A DNA stretch of 64,000 nucleotides from Selaginella moellendorffii (Eukaryota; Plantae; Lycopodiophyta): assembly GCF_000143415.4 (NCBI RefSeq), contig NW_003314389.1:208892-272891 (forward strand). Reading direction: 5' to 3'. Below are positions 50,251-62,412 of the stretch, piece after piece (position 1 is the first letter of the stretch; each line of letters starts with the position of its first letter). Position numbers and translations under genes: made by a program. The notes below the pieces were generated by a model, which made no database searches, was not told where the DNA came from, and saw only the letters and a program-made list of their open reading frames with translations.

Positions 50251-51609
50251 AGCATGAAGAAGAGAGTTAGAGAAAAAGAAAATAGCAGAAGAACCTATAT
50301 TGTAAGTTTTGTTAGAGTGCATTGGAATAAATTGCAAAGCTTTCTTTTTTAGAACTCCTTCTCCTTCTTTAGCACCCAGTGCTGTGAATTGATCGATCGA
50401 TTTAGCCCGAGCTGTGAGCGGTCTCTCTATCCATTTTCTCCTCTAAGAAGCTCTAATCTAGAGATAAGAAATTATATAATTTATATTTATTATTATTATA
50501 TAATTATCTATTATCTTTACAAGTTCAGAAACAAAGCTTGTACCATAGCATCTGGTGTTATTGATAGAAGGTCACTTTTAGACTCACCTCTTGTTAAGTT
50601 TGGTCAAGCAATATCAGAAACAATATCGAAATTTATCTCTAGCATGGAAAATATTCTTCAATACAATTTAATCCAGTTGTTGAGCGTACTAATCCTCAAA
50701 TTGTTTTATGCATTGTAAGTGAAGATTCAATTAAAAATATACTAAGGAGGCAACAATCTGAATTTCTATTAGGTTATTATGATAAAAAATTTATGCAGGT
50801 GTAAACCCTTTCCTGAAATGACTATTGCAGAAGAGTATAATTTACGTCTGCTATAGACCATATTCTTATATGAGTAACATGAAAAAAAAATGATATCTTC
50901 CACCTATCATCTATAAAATTAAGAAATAACCTTGAAGTTACAAGAAGAGAATTCGAAGTTGGAGTTGATGGGATATCTTCAGATGCCATGCCAGCTTTAA
51001 AAGCGAAAATTAAAAAAGTTCCATCCATTTGTAAAAGGACATTACAAAGGAAATGATTCACATAATAATTATATTAAGAGAATATTTTCTAGCCGTTTTT
51101 TCAATATACTCAACTAACTATATAACAGCTTCTGGTGGTGGTGTGAACAAATGTCTGGCTCACTAGATCAGTCACATCAATGGAGATGTTTCTAATTTCA
51201 TTAGAGTTTCATTTTGGAGTAGACGCGACAATGGCTGCAAGGTTTGCGTAAGCAATATACTTTCAGATACGAGGCTGCAATAAACAGACAAGACGACAAT
51301 AAAACAATTTGAGTAGCTACTCTTATCCTTGTCAGACCTCATAGATACAAACCTTTGCCAAAAAAATACAAGCGCAAGATCAGGTAGCACCTGTGTGGTG
51401 AACGCCACATGGACGAATAAATAACAGAGGCATTATAAGTCACATACTTTTAAAATAGTTGCAAGCTTTAGGGTACCAGAGTCAAAGATGAGATGCGGTC
51501 ACGGTTCTTTGAGCAAACCACGGGTAATTCGTCCTTTTCTTATTTGTTAATTTCTTTCCAGTTTATTCGAAGGCTCTGCTAGCGGTGATGTGCAAACAAT
51601 ATTAGAATG

Positions 51610-52437
51610 CTAAGTCAATTGCCGATTAGACGCTGCTGCAGTGGATGACATTTTAAGAGTTAGAGCTATGGCAATTAGTGCTCCTGAGGCTGCTGCTGCA
51701 GGGAGTGCATAGTTGAAAATGTGAGTTTTGTTGCACCACGGTTGGTCTAAGGGTTCCAGATTCAGTTGAGAGGCTACTTTCTTTGGTGTAGGCCTTCGAA
51801 TATCCTTTTCCACCTTCATTAAGCCCTGGACAAAGTCCACAGCAAGTCTCTGAATTTCAGACCTCAAAATGTTCTTCTCATTTTCCTCAGAATCTTTATC
51901 TTCGTTCAACATGCGGAATGCCTCTTGCTCCAGAATTGATACTAGAGAGATGCTTCGGTCCTCTTGATCGCAACCAAATGAAGCGATCGGAAGAGTTGCT
52001 CTATCCAAGTGTTGCTGCAATACCATTTTCATTTCCTCTACCTCAACTGCTTTATTTCTGGCAATTTCTCTTTGTCGCTCACAATCCTCTCTCGCTTGCC
52101 GAAGCTGTGCTTCCAATCGATCGTTCTCCTCGTTGAGAAGGTTCGCGAGTCTACAAAGCTTAAAGACGTCACCATTGAAATTTGCGTCCTTAAGTTGCCT
52201 CTTAGATGACCTAGCAGCTGTAGTTTTGCTGCAGCTGCTACTAGTACTGCTGTCGGCAGATTTGATGTTTGTTGAATTATAGGCTGACGCAGTTGCGGTT
52301 GCAGCTGCTGCTCTTAAACCATAAAGTCTCCTTGTCAACTTGTCGCCATCGGCCTGTATGGAGGCAAGCTGTTTTACAAGAACGTGATTCAGCTGCCCTA
52401 ACTCTTCAGTTGGTTCCTCACCACCAGCATTCGCCAT
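51610..52437 (-). CDS. Single-exon coiled-coil protein with a C-terminal hydrophobic segment
   Basis: Open 315-codon frame, likely start MANAGGEE at 52437 (an upstream ATG at 52557 is also possible). Heptad-rich LNEENDRLEAQLRQAREDC; tail ALPAAAASGALIAIALTL followed by K. Confidence 0.7.
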   Translation of the reverse strand: MANAGGEEPTEELGQLNHVLVKQLASIQADGDKLTRRLYGLRAAAATATASAYNSTNIKSADSSTSSSCSKTTAARSSKRQLKDANFNGDVFKLCRLANLLNEENDRLEAQLRQAREDCERQREIARNKAVEVEEMKMVLQQHLDRATLPIASFGCDQEDRSISLVSILEQEAFRMLNEDKDSEENEKNILRSEIQRLAVDFVQGLMKVEKDIRRPTPKKVASQLNLEPLDQPWCNKTHIFNYALPAAAASGALIAIALTLKMSSTAAASNRQLT

Positions 52438-52669
52438 AGAAAACCTCAAGGTCAGGGACGCTTTGATACTAACAACCGCTGGGTAACACGTGGAGCCGTG
52501 ACTCAACGGTGTGACCATAAATGAAAATTTGGCAAATCTATCTTTGGAAATGTCCATGATGTTCAGTAGAAGTACGAATGTACAATACCGTACGTAATGT
52601 CTGGTTGTGCCTTTTCACGTCTCTTACAATGGTTTATGAGACTGCCTGAGAAAAGAAAGAAGCCACCAT

Positions 52670-54299
52670 ATGGCGAACATTGACATCGCAAAGCTTCTGG
52701 AATCTGATGAAGGTCCCAGACTACACCCAAAGACGAAGATCATCTGCACATTAGGACCTCGTTCACGCGATGTTCCCATGTTGGAAAAGCTCTTGAGGAC
52801 TGGAATGAATGTTGCTCGTTTTAACTTTTCCCACGGTTCATATGAGTATCATCAAGAGACTCTGGAGAATCTAAAGTCTGCTATGTCAAATACACAGATC
52901 ATGTGTGCCGTAATGCTTGATACAAAGGTATACCGAAGCATACTTTGAATAGGGGTTAACAAGTTCTTGATCAGAGCAGGGACCTGAAATTCGTACTGGG
53001 GTCTTAAAAGATGGAAAGGCTATCAAACTCCAAGAAGGAAAGGAACTTACAATTACCACAGACTATGAACACAAGGGTGACACCGAAATGATCGCGATGA
53101 GTTATAAGAAACTGCCACAGGATGTTGCGCCTGGAAATATGATACTGTGTTCAGACGGAACAATTACTTTGACTGTTTTATCTTGCGATCCTGTTGCCGG
53201 ACAAGTGAGATGCCGGTGTGAGAATACTGCCATGCTGGGGGAGAAAAAGAATGTGAACTTGCCTGGTGTGGTTGTAGATTTGCCAACCATCACAGAGAAG
53301 GACAGGGAAGATTTCCTTGTTTGGGGAATTCCAAACAAAATAGATTTTATAGCAGCTTCTTTTGTTCGGAAGGGCACTGATATACTTCACATAAGAGATG
53401 TTCTCGGAGAACATGCAGCCACAATTCAGATTATTTCCAAGGTACTATTTGATATAGAAAAGCAGAAATATTGAGTTCGTTTACAGGTTGAGAACCAAGA
53501 AGGATTAGTAAACTTCGATGACATATTGAGAGAAACAGACGGGATAATGGTAGCGCGAGGAGACCTTGGAATGGAAATTCCAATCGAAAAAATATTTCTG
53601 GCACAAAAGATGATGATATACAAGTGCAATGCTGCCGGGAAGCCCGTAGTAACAGCAACTCAGATGCTTGAGTCAATGATAAAATCCCCAAGGCCAACCA
53701 GAGCGGAAGCAACTGACGTAGCAAATGCTGTGCTGGACGGTACTGATGCTGTCATGCTTAGTGGGGAGACTGCAGCTGGTGCGTATCCTGAAAATGCCGT
53801 GCGAATCATGAATAAGATTTGCGTTCAAGCCGAGGCATCTATTGACTACAGCTCTGTGTTCAAAGTCATCCTCAAAAATGCACCAATGCCTATGAGCCCC
53901 TTGGAGAGCTTGGCTTCTACGGCCGTGAGGACAGCATTTAGAACCAGAGCTAAGCTTATTTTAGTTCTCACACGAACAGGTGGAACTGCTAAGCTTGTGT
54001 CTAAATATAGGCCCTCAGTGCCAATCTTATCGGTGGCAGTTCCGGTTTGGAAAGCTGATAGCCTAAGCTGGTCGAGTACAGCCGATTCTCCGGCTCGCCA
54101 CAGCCTGGTGTGCAGAGGCCTTATTCCCATACTCTCTGAAGGCTCTCCAACTACAGCTGATGCAGATTCTACAGATGAAATTATTAATTCCGCCCTTCGA
54201 CATGCTATCACAAGAGGATTATGCAACCACGGAGACGCAGTGGTCACAATTCACCAAATTGGAAAGGGATCTGTAATCAAAATAATGGTAGCTAAGTAA
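52670..54299 (+). CDS. PK: Cytosolic pyruvate kinase, 510 aa; exons 52670-52927, 52980-53441, 53487-54299
   Basis: KTKIICTLGP, ARFNFSHG, MLDTKGPEIRTG, MVARGDLGME, ATQMLESM and RPTRAEATDVANAV; 52- and 45-bp GT-AG introns keep the frame. Confidence 0.97.
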
Positions 54300-54499
54300 G
54301 ACATCAAACCAACTATCTATATTTCAAATGAATGGAACATTTTCTCTTTCCGATGTGATTGTTATTTTGATAAGCGAGTTTGGCTTGCAAAGCTTGAGTT
54401 CCTTGTCACACTCCCACTGTCTGGATGCCAACCTGATCCCGTGAATGGCTTTGGTGGACACATTGGCATTTTAAAGGTTGACACACTAATTAAATATGA

Positions 54500-55490
54500 G
54501 TATGCCTTAACGGGCTGTGGCTCGCCAGTTAACTTGATCCAACCGTTGGCAGCCGTCAGATCGAGTCAGGTTCTCTGCGAGAACGTGGCTGAATCCAGCA
54601 GCCAGCTGCCAGGTTCTGGAGAACCCTCTCATCCTCCAATATCGTTATTCCACGTGTCTGTTAACGGTCTCGCTACAGCCTGTGAACGCTGTTCCCGGGC
54701 ACGGCCTCCCTCGTTCCCTCCAGAACGCACTCGCCGGGCTAACGCCCGGCTCACCTGTTCTGGGCGGGAACGTGCTCGCCCTACCCAGGAACTGCCTCTT
54801 AATGGGGCTGTGGCTTGCCCGTTAATTCGATCCAGCTGTTGGCATCCGTCGGATCAAGTCAGGTTCTCCACACACTTCCTGACCGTTGAATCTAGACACC
54901 CACATGGCTGATGTGCCATGTACAATTCTGGAGAACCTGTTCTCTAGGATCATACTAATCCAATAAGAATGTGCCATGTGTCATTTAACTGGCTTGTGCT
55001 GCCTGTTAAAGATGGAGTTCCCGGGTAGGGCAAGCATGTTCCTGCTCAGAACAGGCGAGCCAGGCGAGCCCGTGCCCTAGGAATGGCCTTAATGGGCTGT
55101 GGCAAGACCCTTAAAAGACACATGGAATAACATTATTGGAGGATGAGAGGGTTCTCTAGAACCTGGAGGCTGGCAGCCAGGTTCTGGAGAACCTGGCAGT
55201 TGTCAGCCACATTCTTGCATAGAACCTGACTCGATCTGACAGCTGCCAATGGCTGGTTCAAGCTAACAGGAGAGCCACAGCCTGTTAAGGTAAGTTATAC
55301 TAATTCAGTGCCACGTGTCACTTAACTGGCTTGTGCCCACTGTTGTAAGGATGGTCAAGTTCTCCAGAATCATACTAATCCAATAACAATGAGCCACATG
55401 TCACTTAACTGACTTGTGCTGCCCGTTGAGGACGGTCAAGGGCAGGTGTGCGCCCATTGACCGGCCGGTCTTGTGCCCAGCTTGCCATGT
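54500..55490. repeat. Foldback/MITE-like element built from inverted and direct modules
   Basis: 54503-54685 is an imperfect inverted repeat of about 55092-55290; modules GGGCTGTGGC, GGTTCTGGAGAACC and GATCATACTAATCCAATAA recur. Confidence 0.65.
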
Positions 55491-56605
55491 TCCTGACAGA
55501 TTTGAGTTAATCGAGCTAAGATAACCACCCTTTACTTTTTATAGGCACCATTACCTAAAAGGCACAACCTTTTAAGTAAATTTTAATGGCTCTAGTTAAT
55601 GGCTGTAGTTAGGAAATTTTCTCCAACACTCTTTTAAATTTTCAGTTCCTGTGTTATTAGCTAAATGTAAGAATTCTTACGTTTAGTTAGTAAGGAGCAA
55701 CGAGCGTGAGTGTGCACGCGCGAAGGGGAGGAGGCCAGTATGTGATTGTTGTGGGGAGTGGCAAGCATCGTGGTGATGCTTCTCTCCATCATGAGATCTT
55801 GTGCAATGGCGCCTTGCTCTATCCTCTTTGCCCCTGCAGGATGATCAGCATAGAACCTGAGGAGCAGCCTCCAGGTCAAACATTGCCACCCCCGATTGCC
55901 CATGGTAGGCGCAGATCTCACTCGCTCACACGAATCATAGGAATTGACTTGCGGCTATGCTCGCATTGAATGAGCCTGTGAATTGGGCTTTGGTGTTGAC
56001 GACGCAAGAGATACAGGGATTGCCCAACGCCATAGCGCATGCTTCCAGTCCCATTAAAATTTGGTGTGACGGCGACCTTTGTTAAAAAGTGAACTTTTAT
56101 TTAGTAAAAACTTAAAATTTTAATTGCCATTTAATTTAAAGCAGTGTAATGCAAGCATTTTAAACCTGCTATTAGTCTATTCTGATACCTTCTCGACACG
56201 ACTTGCTGCTGCCTCTCCCATCTTGCAAAGAGCTCACTGGCAATCGTCATTCCCATGGTGTGCAGCACATTTGTCTACTTACAACAGAGTTTCTAAGACA
56301 CAAGTGAGAAAAGTATTTAATCTCCTCTGTAGCATAGATAAAACTTTAAGGAGTAACAAAGATAAAATTAATAACAGTGTTAGGGGCATCAGCAGCTGCA
56401 GGGTAGCATTTGATTAAAGTCCACCTAGTGATTAATGATGATTTACATCTCTTTTTTTAATTATTATTTGTGCAAGAAATAGAAAAAACTGTTGGTGTGT
56501 ATTAAACTTCTCCCTGCTGATTTCCCATGCCGCCATCTTTCACAAGGGTTCTATAGATTAAAATCTAGAAAAAAGTCTGTTCAAAAGTTGATTTAGGGTT
56601 TGTTA

Positions 56606-59600
56606 ATGGCAGACGTCCCACATCACCTGGAGAGGTCAGAGGGCGTAGCATCTATTTATCTCACAGATGACACGTGCAAGATCATCAGTATCGACAAAAC
56701 ATCTGCTAGACATGGCAACACTTTCAAGGTCCCGAAGAATGTCATCATGGACGACATTCAAATGCGTGGCACCATCTCGGATTTTCATCCTGTTAAACCA
56801 CAGTTACAAGTAAGAAACTTAATTTTCTGTGTATCTTGTAGAGTACGGCTTGCAGGCCTATAATACAGGAGAAATACTTCTCCGCTATAAAGACAAGTAT
56901 GGTGATAGTACAAACTTTGAGATTTGTGTGACCCAAGCCGGGCATGTGGCTATAATGAAGGTCGGTCTGGATCACTTTGATTTCTTTTGACTTTTCTTTT
57001 GAAACTGCAGGAAATAGCCATGGAAGCCGATGCTTCCAAACCACCACCAAAGCCTGAAGTGACGAAAAGAGAGCCAAAACCATGGATCCATCTTGGTAGT
57101 GACAAAGAGATTGCGGAAGAACAAGCTCACACGTCTAGGAAACTGGTGACTGGCAATCTTTTTATAGATTTGTCTGCTAATGTGAAATTATGCAGATTGT
57201 TATAAGGGCTACAAGAAAGCGCAAGGATTTTGGTGGTGCAGTAGCATTTAATGACCGAGATTCCGTGGTTATAACTTCAAAATTACATTTCCACATGTTA
57301 ATAACATTTTTTATCACAGGAAACTTTTAGTAGTGGACAAATGGAATGCCGTCCTTTCAAAGATCCAGCATATGACAAGTGTTTGGCTGAACAAGACATT
57401 GGAATACAGTCAATTCCAATCACTCGAGACTGTGCATCTCAAACAGACCAGTAAGTAAGACTTTCTGTGCCGCTAAGGTAAAGTGATAGATTACAGGGAG
57501 GTGTGTCGAAACAACTGTGTACAATATCAGCCTCGAATGCTGACTGATGAGAACAGAAAGATCATTCTTGACAGTGATCACATGTGTGCCTTTCTGGATT
57601 CATCAAAGCCAAGGTAAGCCCACTGAATTTATCTGGTCATTAACAGCATTTTCTTTGCAGATATGTAGATGCTTTGCAGCAAAACGAAGTTCTGGACTTA
57701 TTTGAAGATGACTTTGCAAGCTTTGGGGAGGAAGACGAGCATGCAGGACAGAAAACAATCAGTGTTATAACGGTGAGATCTCGTGTCGTCATCCAATCCA
57801 TCAAACAGCCCTTGCTGGATTTGGTCAGGAATTTCAAGCATTTTCTGATCTACTATATAGCAAAGGAAAAATGATTTCTGCAATTGATTGGATGCCTGGG
57901 AAAAAGGGTGTAGTTGCAGCTTCATGTTCCGATTCACGGGCATATGATGAAAGGCTTCAGTTTACAGGAAAACCTAGCAATTCGTTTGTACTTATTTGGA
58001 GCTTCGTGGACCCTATTCGACCTCAAGTATCACTTCCTTTCCACTTCTCCTTTCAAAAGGCTGATAGTTATCTGCAGATAATACTTGAATGCCTTTCGGA
58101 CATTTTTTCTCTACGATTCAACCAGTCGAATCCCCGATTTGTGGCTGGAGGCTGTTACAATGGCCAGGTTTTGTTATATATGCGTGGTTTCCGTGTGATC
58201 TTAGCAATTTGAAATCTATATAGGTGATTATCTGGGACATTGCAGCTGCTCAAATGCATATGGAAGCAAAAGAAAAAGAATCATCAGACCAAGCAGACCA
58301 AGGCAAGGACAAAGAAAAAAAGAAGGCTCCTATTGTCATTTGCCACCTACTTAGTTCTGCTGCAAGATCTCATAACGCGATAGTATCAGACCTTCATTGG
58401 CTGCCGGATTACCTGCAGGTAGCCCATAATTAATGCTCGACAAAAGCATTGTGCCGGTCTTGCAGCTCGATGCAAATGGAAAAATATCAAAAGGTCATTC
58501 ACAGAGCACTAAAGTACTTGTTTCTGTAGGGGCAGACGGGAAGGTACTTCATGTTGTTTACAGAAAATATATATCTCACTTCCACAGGTTATATTTTGGA
58601 ACATTACTGATGTTGACTTAAATCGTAATGCTGGGAGTGATGACGAAAGAAAAGCAGCGGATACTTCCAATCAGAAGTACAGATGGGATCCTGCTTTGCA
58701 AATTGACCTGGTGGGTGGCGATCCACGCCGAATTATGGGACTGCTAAAGATGACAATTGCTACAGATTCGCGGTTTTTCTGTAGCACTGAGGTGCCCATA
58801 CTTTTATAGGCTTTGTTCATCGGCATAACAAACACTTTTCAGTTTGGTGAAGTGCTGCGGGCGGATTTCAATGTTCCCAAGGACAAGATAATCCAGGACA
58901 TTTCACAGTCGCATTTTGGACAAGTGCGTGCCCTCCAACGCTCGCCATTTTACGAGGATGTACTCCTCTCAGTTGACATTTGGACCTTCGCATTGTGGAA
59001 AAATGATTTCTCGGTATAGAACTAGTGCAGGAAATATATGGACTTATTTGTCTTTTCCCAGAAACCAATATTTATTTCAAGATCAGCCGAAGGCTACCTT
59101 ACTAGTGGCTGCTGGAGTCCATCACGACCAGGAGTTCTTTACATTGGTCGTATTGATGGTAGTATAGAAGTGTGGGATCTGATCGATCATAGTCATCAAC
59201 CATCAGCGCTGGCATCGATAGGATCTTGCCAAGTCACTTCAATGGAGTTTTGGCCATTGCAATGTAAGTAGTTTCACAAATTTAACGTCCTCACTAAAAC
59301 CCTCTTTTAAGCAGCTCCTCAGATGCTGGCGGTGGGCGATATCCAAGGTATCTTACATATCATGGAAATTCCTAGACGACTTCGACGAATGGTGCACAGG
59401 GAGGTAAAGACTGCGTCAAGGGTTGTGTGCATGATTCTAGTCACCTATGTTATTAGAAATCCATGGTGCGAAAGTTTCTTGACAGACAGCAAGCTTGGGT
59501 AGAGGATGTTGAGAGCCGAGAAAAAGAACGCCTTCAAGAAATTGAGAAACGACAGAAGCAAGAATACGATCAAAGAGTACTTATCTGAAGGTTTTTTAGT

Positions 59601-59782
59601 ATTTAATTTGTTACTCTCTTCTACAGGAAAGGGATGAACAGTTGATGCTATGTGCAATGTGGAATGAGGCAAAAGAAAATGAATATTTGGCTTTTGAAAA
59701 AGAATGCAAGGTTCTTCTTAGCATGGAGAAGTCGATACCAGAACCTCTGGAGCATGTGACCGAAGCAGTTACATCTTTGTAA
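56606..59782 (+). CDS. WDR63: WD40 axonemal inner-arm dynein intermediate chain (WDR63/DNAI3, IC140-like), many short introns
   Basis: N-terminal DDIQMRGTISDFHPVK, KPWIHLGSDKEI, ALQQNEVLDLFEDDF, LIWSFVDPIRPQ, VAGGCYNGQV, LQRSPFYEDVLLSV, WSPSRPGVLYIGRIDGSIEVWDL and LAVGDIQGILHI; stop TAA at 59780-59782. Confidence 0.88.
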
Positions 59783-60035
59783 ATTTCAAAGAGTTGGAAG
59801 AGGCTAGCTCACTGTTTATTTTACGTACTTCTTTTGGATGCTTCTTTCCTAGTGCATCAACCCTCAAAGAATTTGAACAATTTCAAGATCATCTTCTTCT
59901 GTGATTTGGACCAGTACTGGTTGCATCTCTGGAGGATCCAGTGTAGAACTTATACTAATCATCATCGACACTGCCTCTAGAAATCATCTCTTGTCAACAC
60001 ATTGTTCTTGGGAAATGGGGAGCTGCTACCAAAAT

Positions 60036-61380
60036 TGTTAAGTGCCAGCTTTGACCAGGTGGTCAACATGGGTTAAGGGAAGCTCAAGGGTATGTTAAGG
60101 CATAGTAAGGAACCTAACTTACCCTATGGAGCGGTGGCACAGTGGAGCTTTTGAGGTAGTTTAGGGGTGGTTGGGTGGTGAGGAACCTCAAGAGGAGGCA
60201 TAGCATAGTCTACAGAGGCTAGACTTCTTTGTCTTTGTTATTTAGTGCCAGATTATAACATTGGTATTTGAGGAGTTTGTTGCGATGGCCAACTAAGATG
60301 AACACTGGAATCCTAATGTCAATGGTGGTGCCAATGGTAGTCTTGACAGAGCTACAGAGATTTGGACTATCCATGATGTTCATGAGCTACTAGCCCTCAA
60401 AAAAATCAGCAAGAGAAAGAGGAGATGCATGGGATGATGGCTACCATGTGTGGGTGTGTTGAAGCACTTGAGGCTGCTAGTGGTGGTGCTCCAAGTAAAA
60501 CATAATTGGTGGATTGGCTCATGGCTTTAACTTTTTTCAGTGATGGTGGCATGGACAAATGTCTGGCTTGACTAACCAATCTGAAGAAGTTCTTGGCTAC
60601 CAAAGGAACTCTAGATGCAAAGGCTTTAGTGGTTATTTCAATGGTTTTGCATGATGTGGGTTTTCAATGGTGGAATTAGCTTGAGGAGTCTTGTGTTATG
60701 GACAAGAAACCACTAGTGTTTACCATGGATGAGTTTGAGGTTGCTTTTTGTTTATCTTTTTCTTTTCACTATGATGTAGAGAATGATTGTATGGAACTTT
60801 GACATTTTCAGCAAGGGAAAATAATGATTGGGGACTATTTTGAGAAGCTTACTCACTTGATTCGTGTTCTAATGAAATATCTAAATAAGAGTAAGACCTA
60901 CTTCATTAATGGCCTTCATAGTGAGAGCATGACACAACCCTTGTGTCATTACCAACATACAAAGAGTTTGGAAGAGCTATTTGATATGGGTTGTTGACTT
61001 AACAATGACAAGCAAAGTCTATCATGCACTCAAAGAGTCCTTCAGTTGAGAAACATTGTGATGATTGCCATGATCACAAGGATGGGAAATCATAAGTTGA
61101 AGTTTTTGGTGACTATTTCAGATGCAAAGGGAGCAAAAGTTATTTGTGATGAATTATAGGGAAGATTGTCATCATTGTGATGATTATCCATAGTTGAAGA
61201 ACAAGTAGTAGAGCAAGAAGAATAGTAAACCTTTTAATGACAGTAAGTTGGATATTAAGAAGTTGGAAAATTTGTAGCGCGAGATGACAATGAAAACTTT
61301 TGTAAAGCGGCTGGAAGTGTTGGTTGGCAAAACCACACTTGTTGAGACTTTTTTATCTCACAGACATTTATCATGTGGAT
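60036..61380 (+). mobile_element. Old degenerate LTR element (LTR 60036-60260, PBS remnant, gag remnant)
   Basis: TGTTA..TAACA ends followed by TTGGTAT; gag-like FQWWN..EFEVAF..FQQGKIMIGDYFEKL with stops. Confidence 0.55.
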
Positions 61381-61384
61381 TTCA

Positions 61385-62412
61385 TTCTTGGAGGAGTCCG
61401 AGATGGAGCCCAAGGTTGAGTTTAAGATGGAGATTGAGACCAGAACTGAGACCAAGAACGAGAACGAGTTTGAGTTTGAGTTTGAGTCCACGTCTGAATT
61501 CGAGTCCAAGTCTGAGTCCAAGGGTGAAAGCCCAAAGCAATTATTTGCCAGATCCTGGGGGGTTTGGTGAGCTCCAAAAGGATAGTAGTGGGAGGACTCC
61601 AGTGGAACCAGTTTGGCTAAAAAAGGTTAATGTGACCAAGGAAGGTTATACTTATATGGTGGGTGATGATATAACCATTGAGGAGTCTAAGGCTAAAATG
61701 AACATGAACGGATAAGTGGGGTAATTTAGTGAAGTGTTCAAGAGCTGGCTATAACTCCCCTGGGAGATTGAATGGTTGATGCTCCCAATCCAAGTGTGGG
61801 TGGCACTACCTACTTGGATATCTGGAGTGGCTCATCATAACCTTGCGCTAGCCACATGGCTAGGGCACCCAGAGGCAGAAGGTAGGGAGAGTACCTACAA
61901 GGATACAGTCATGTGGCAAGAAAGTCTCAAAGGTCAATGGGACTTAGTGGTTAGGCCTTTCACCTAGTGGTGATGTTGGTGAGCACAACTATGGATGGAA
62001 AAGGACTTGATGGGGATTGAAGAAGCGATTTTGGGGAAGGGTGTTCCCCATATCTTTGAGCATTCTAAGGATGCTAAGGTGTAGTCTTGGGATGACCACT
62101 CAGAGGGCCCAATGTATGAAAGACAAGACTATAGTATGGGTGGTTTTGGACTACCTATGAGACAAAGGTTAATAGACATAGCCATAGGACATAGTAATAG
62201 ATTGATATATCAATGGTACTTTTGAGTGTCTATTGTGGATCGGACACATGGAGCACATGGACCAAGTGTAAAGGTTGAGTGGCATAAATGCCATTTATGG
62301 GGCTAGTAAGTCCTCAAGTTGGAAATAAGACTTATGGAGGTTGTAAGTGAGACTCCTTCAAGTGGTCAATGGTTAAGTGACAAAAATGGAATGGAAAATT
62401 TAATCACTTACA
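61385..62412 (+). mobile_element. Diverged 3' part of an F-family LTR
   Basis: Collinear with the reverse complement of 35915-37080; ends GGAAAATTTAATCACTTACA. Confidence 0.8.

Noticed and set aside
55661-56054. Possible PPR/E-domain fragment
   Set aside because: Resemblance too weak, and the frames are interrupted.
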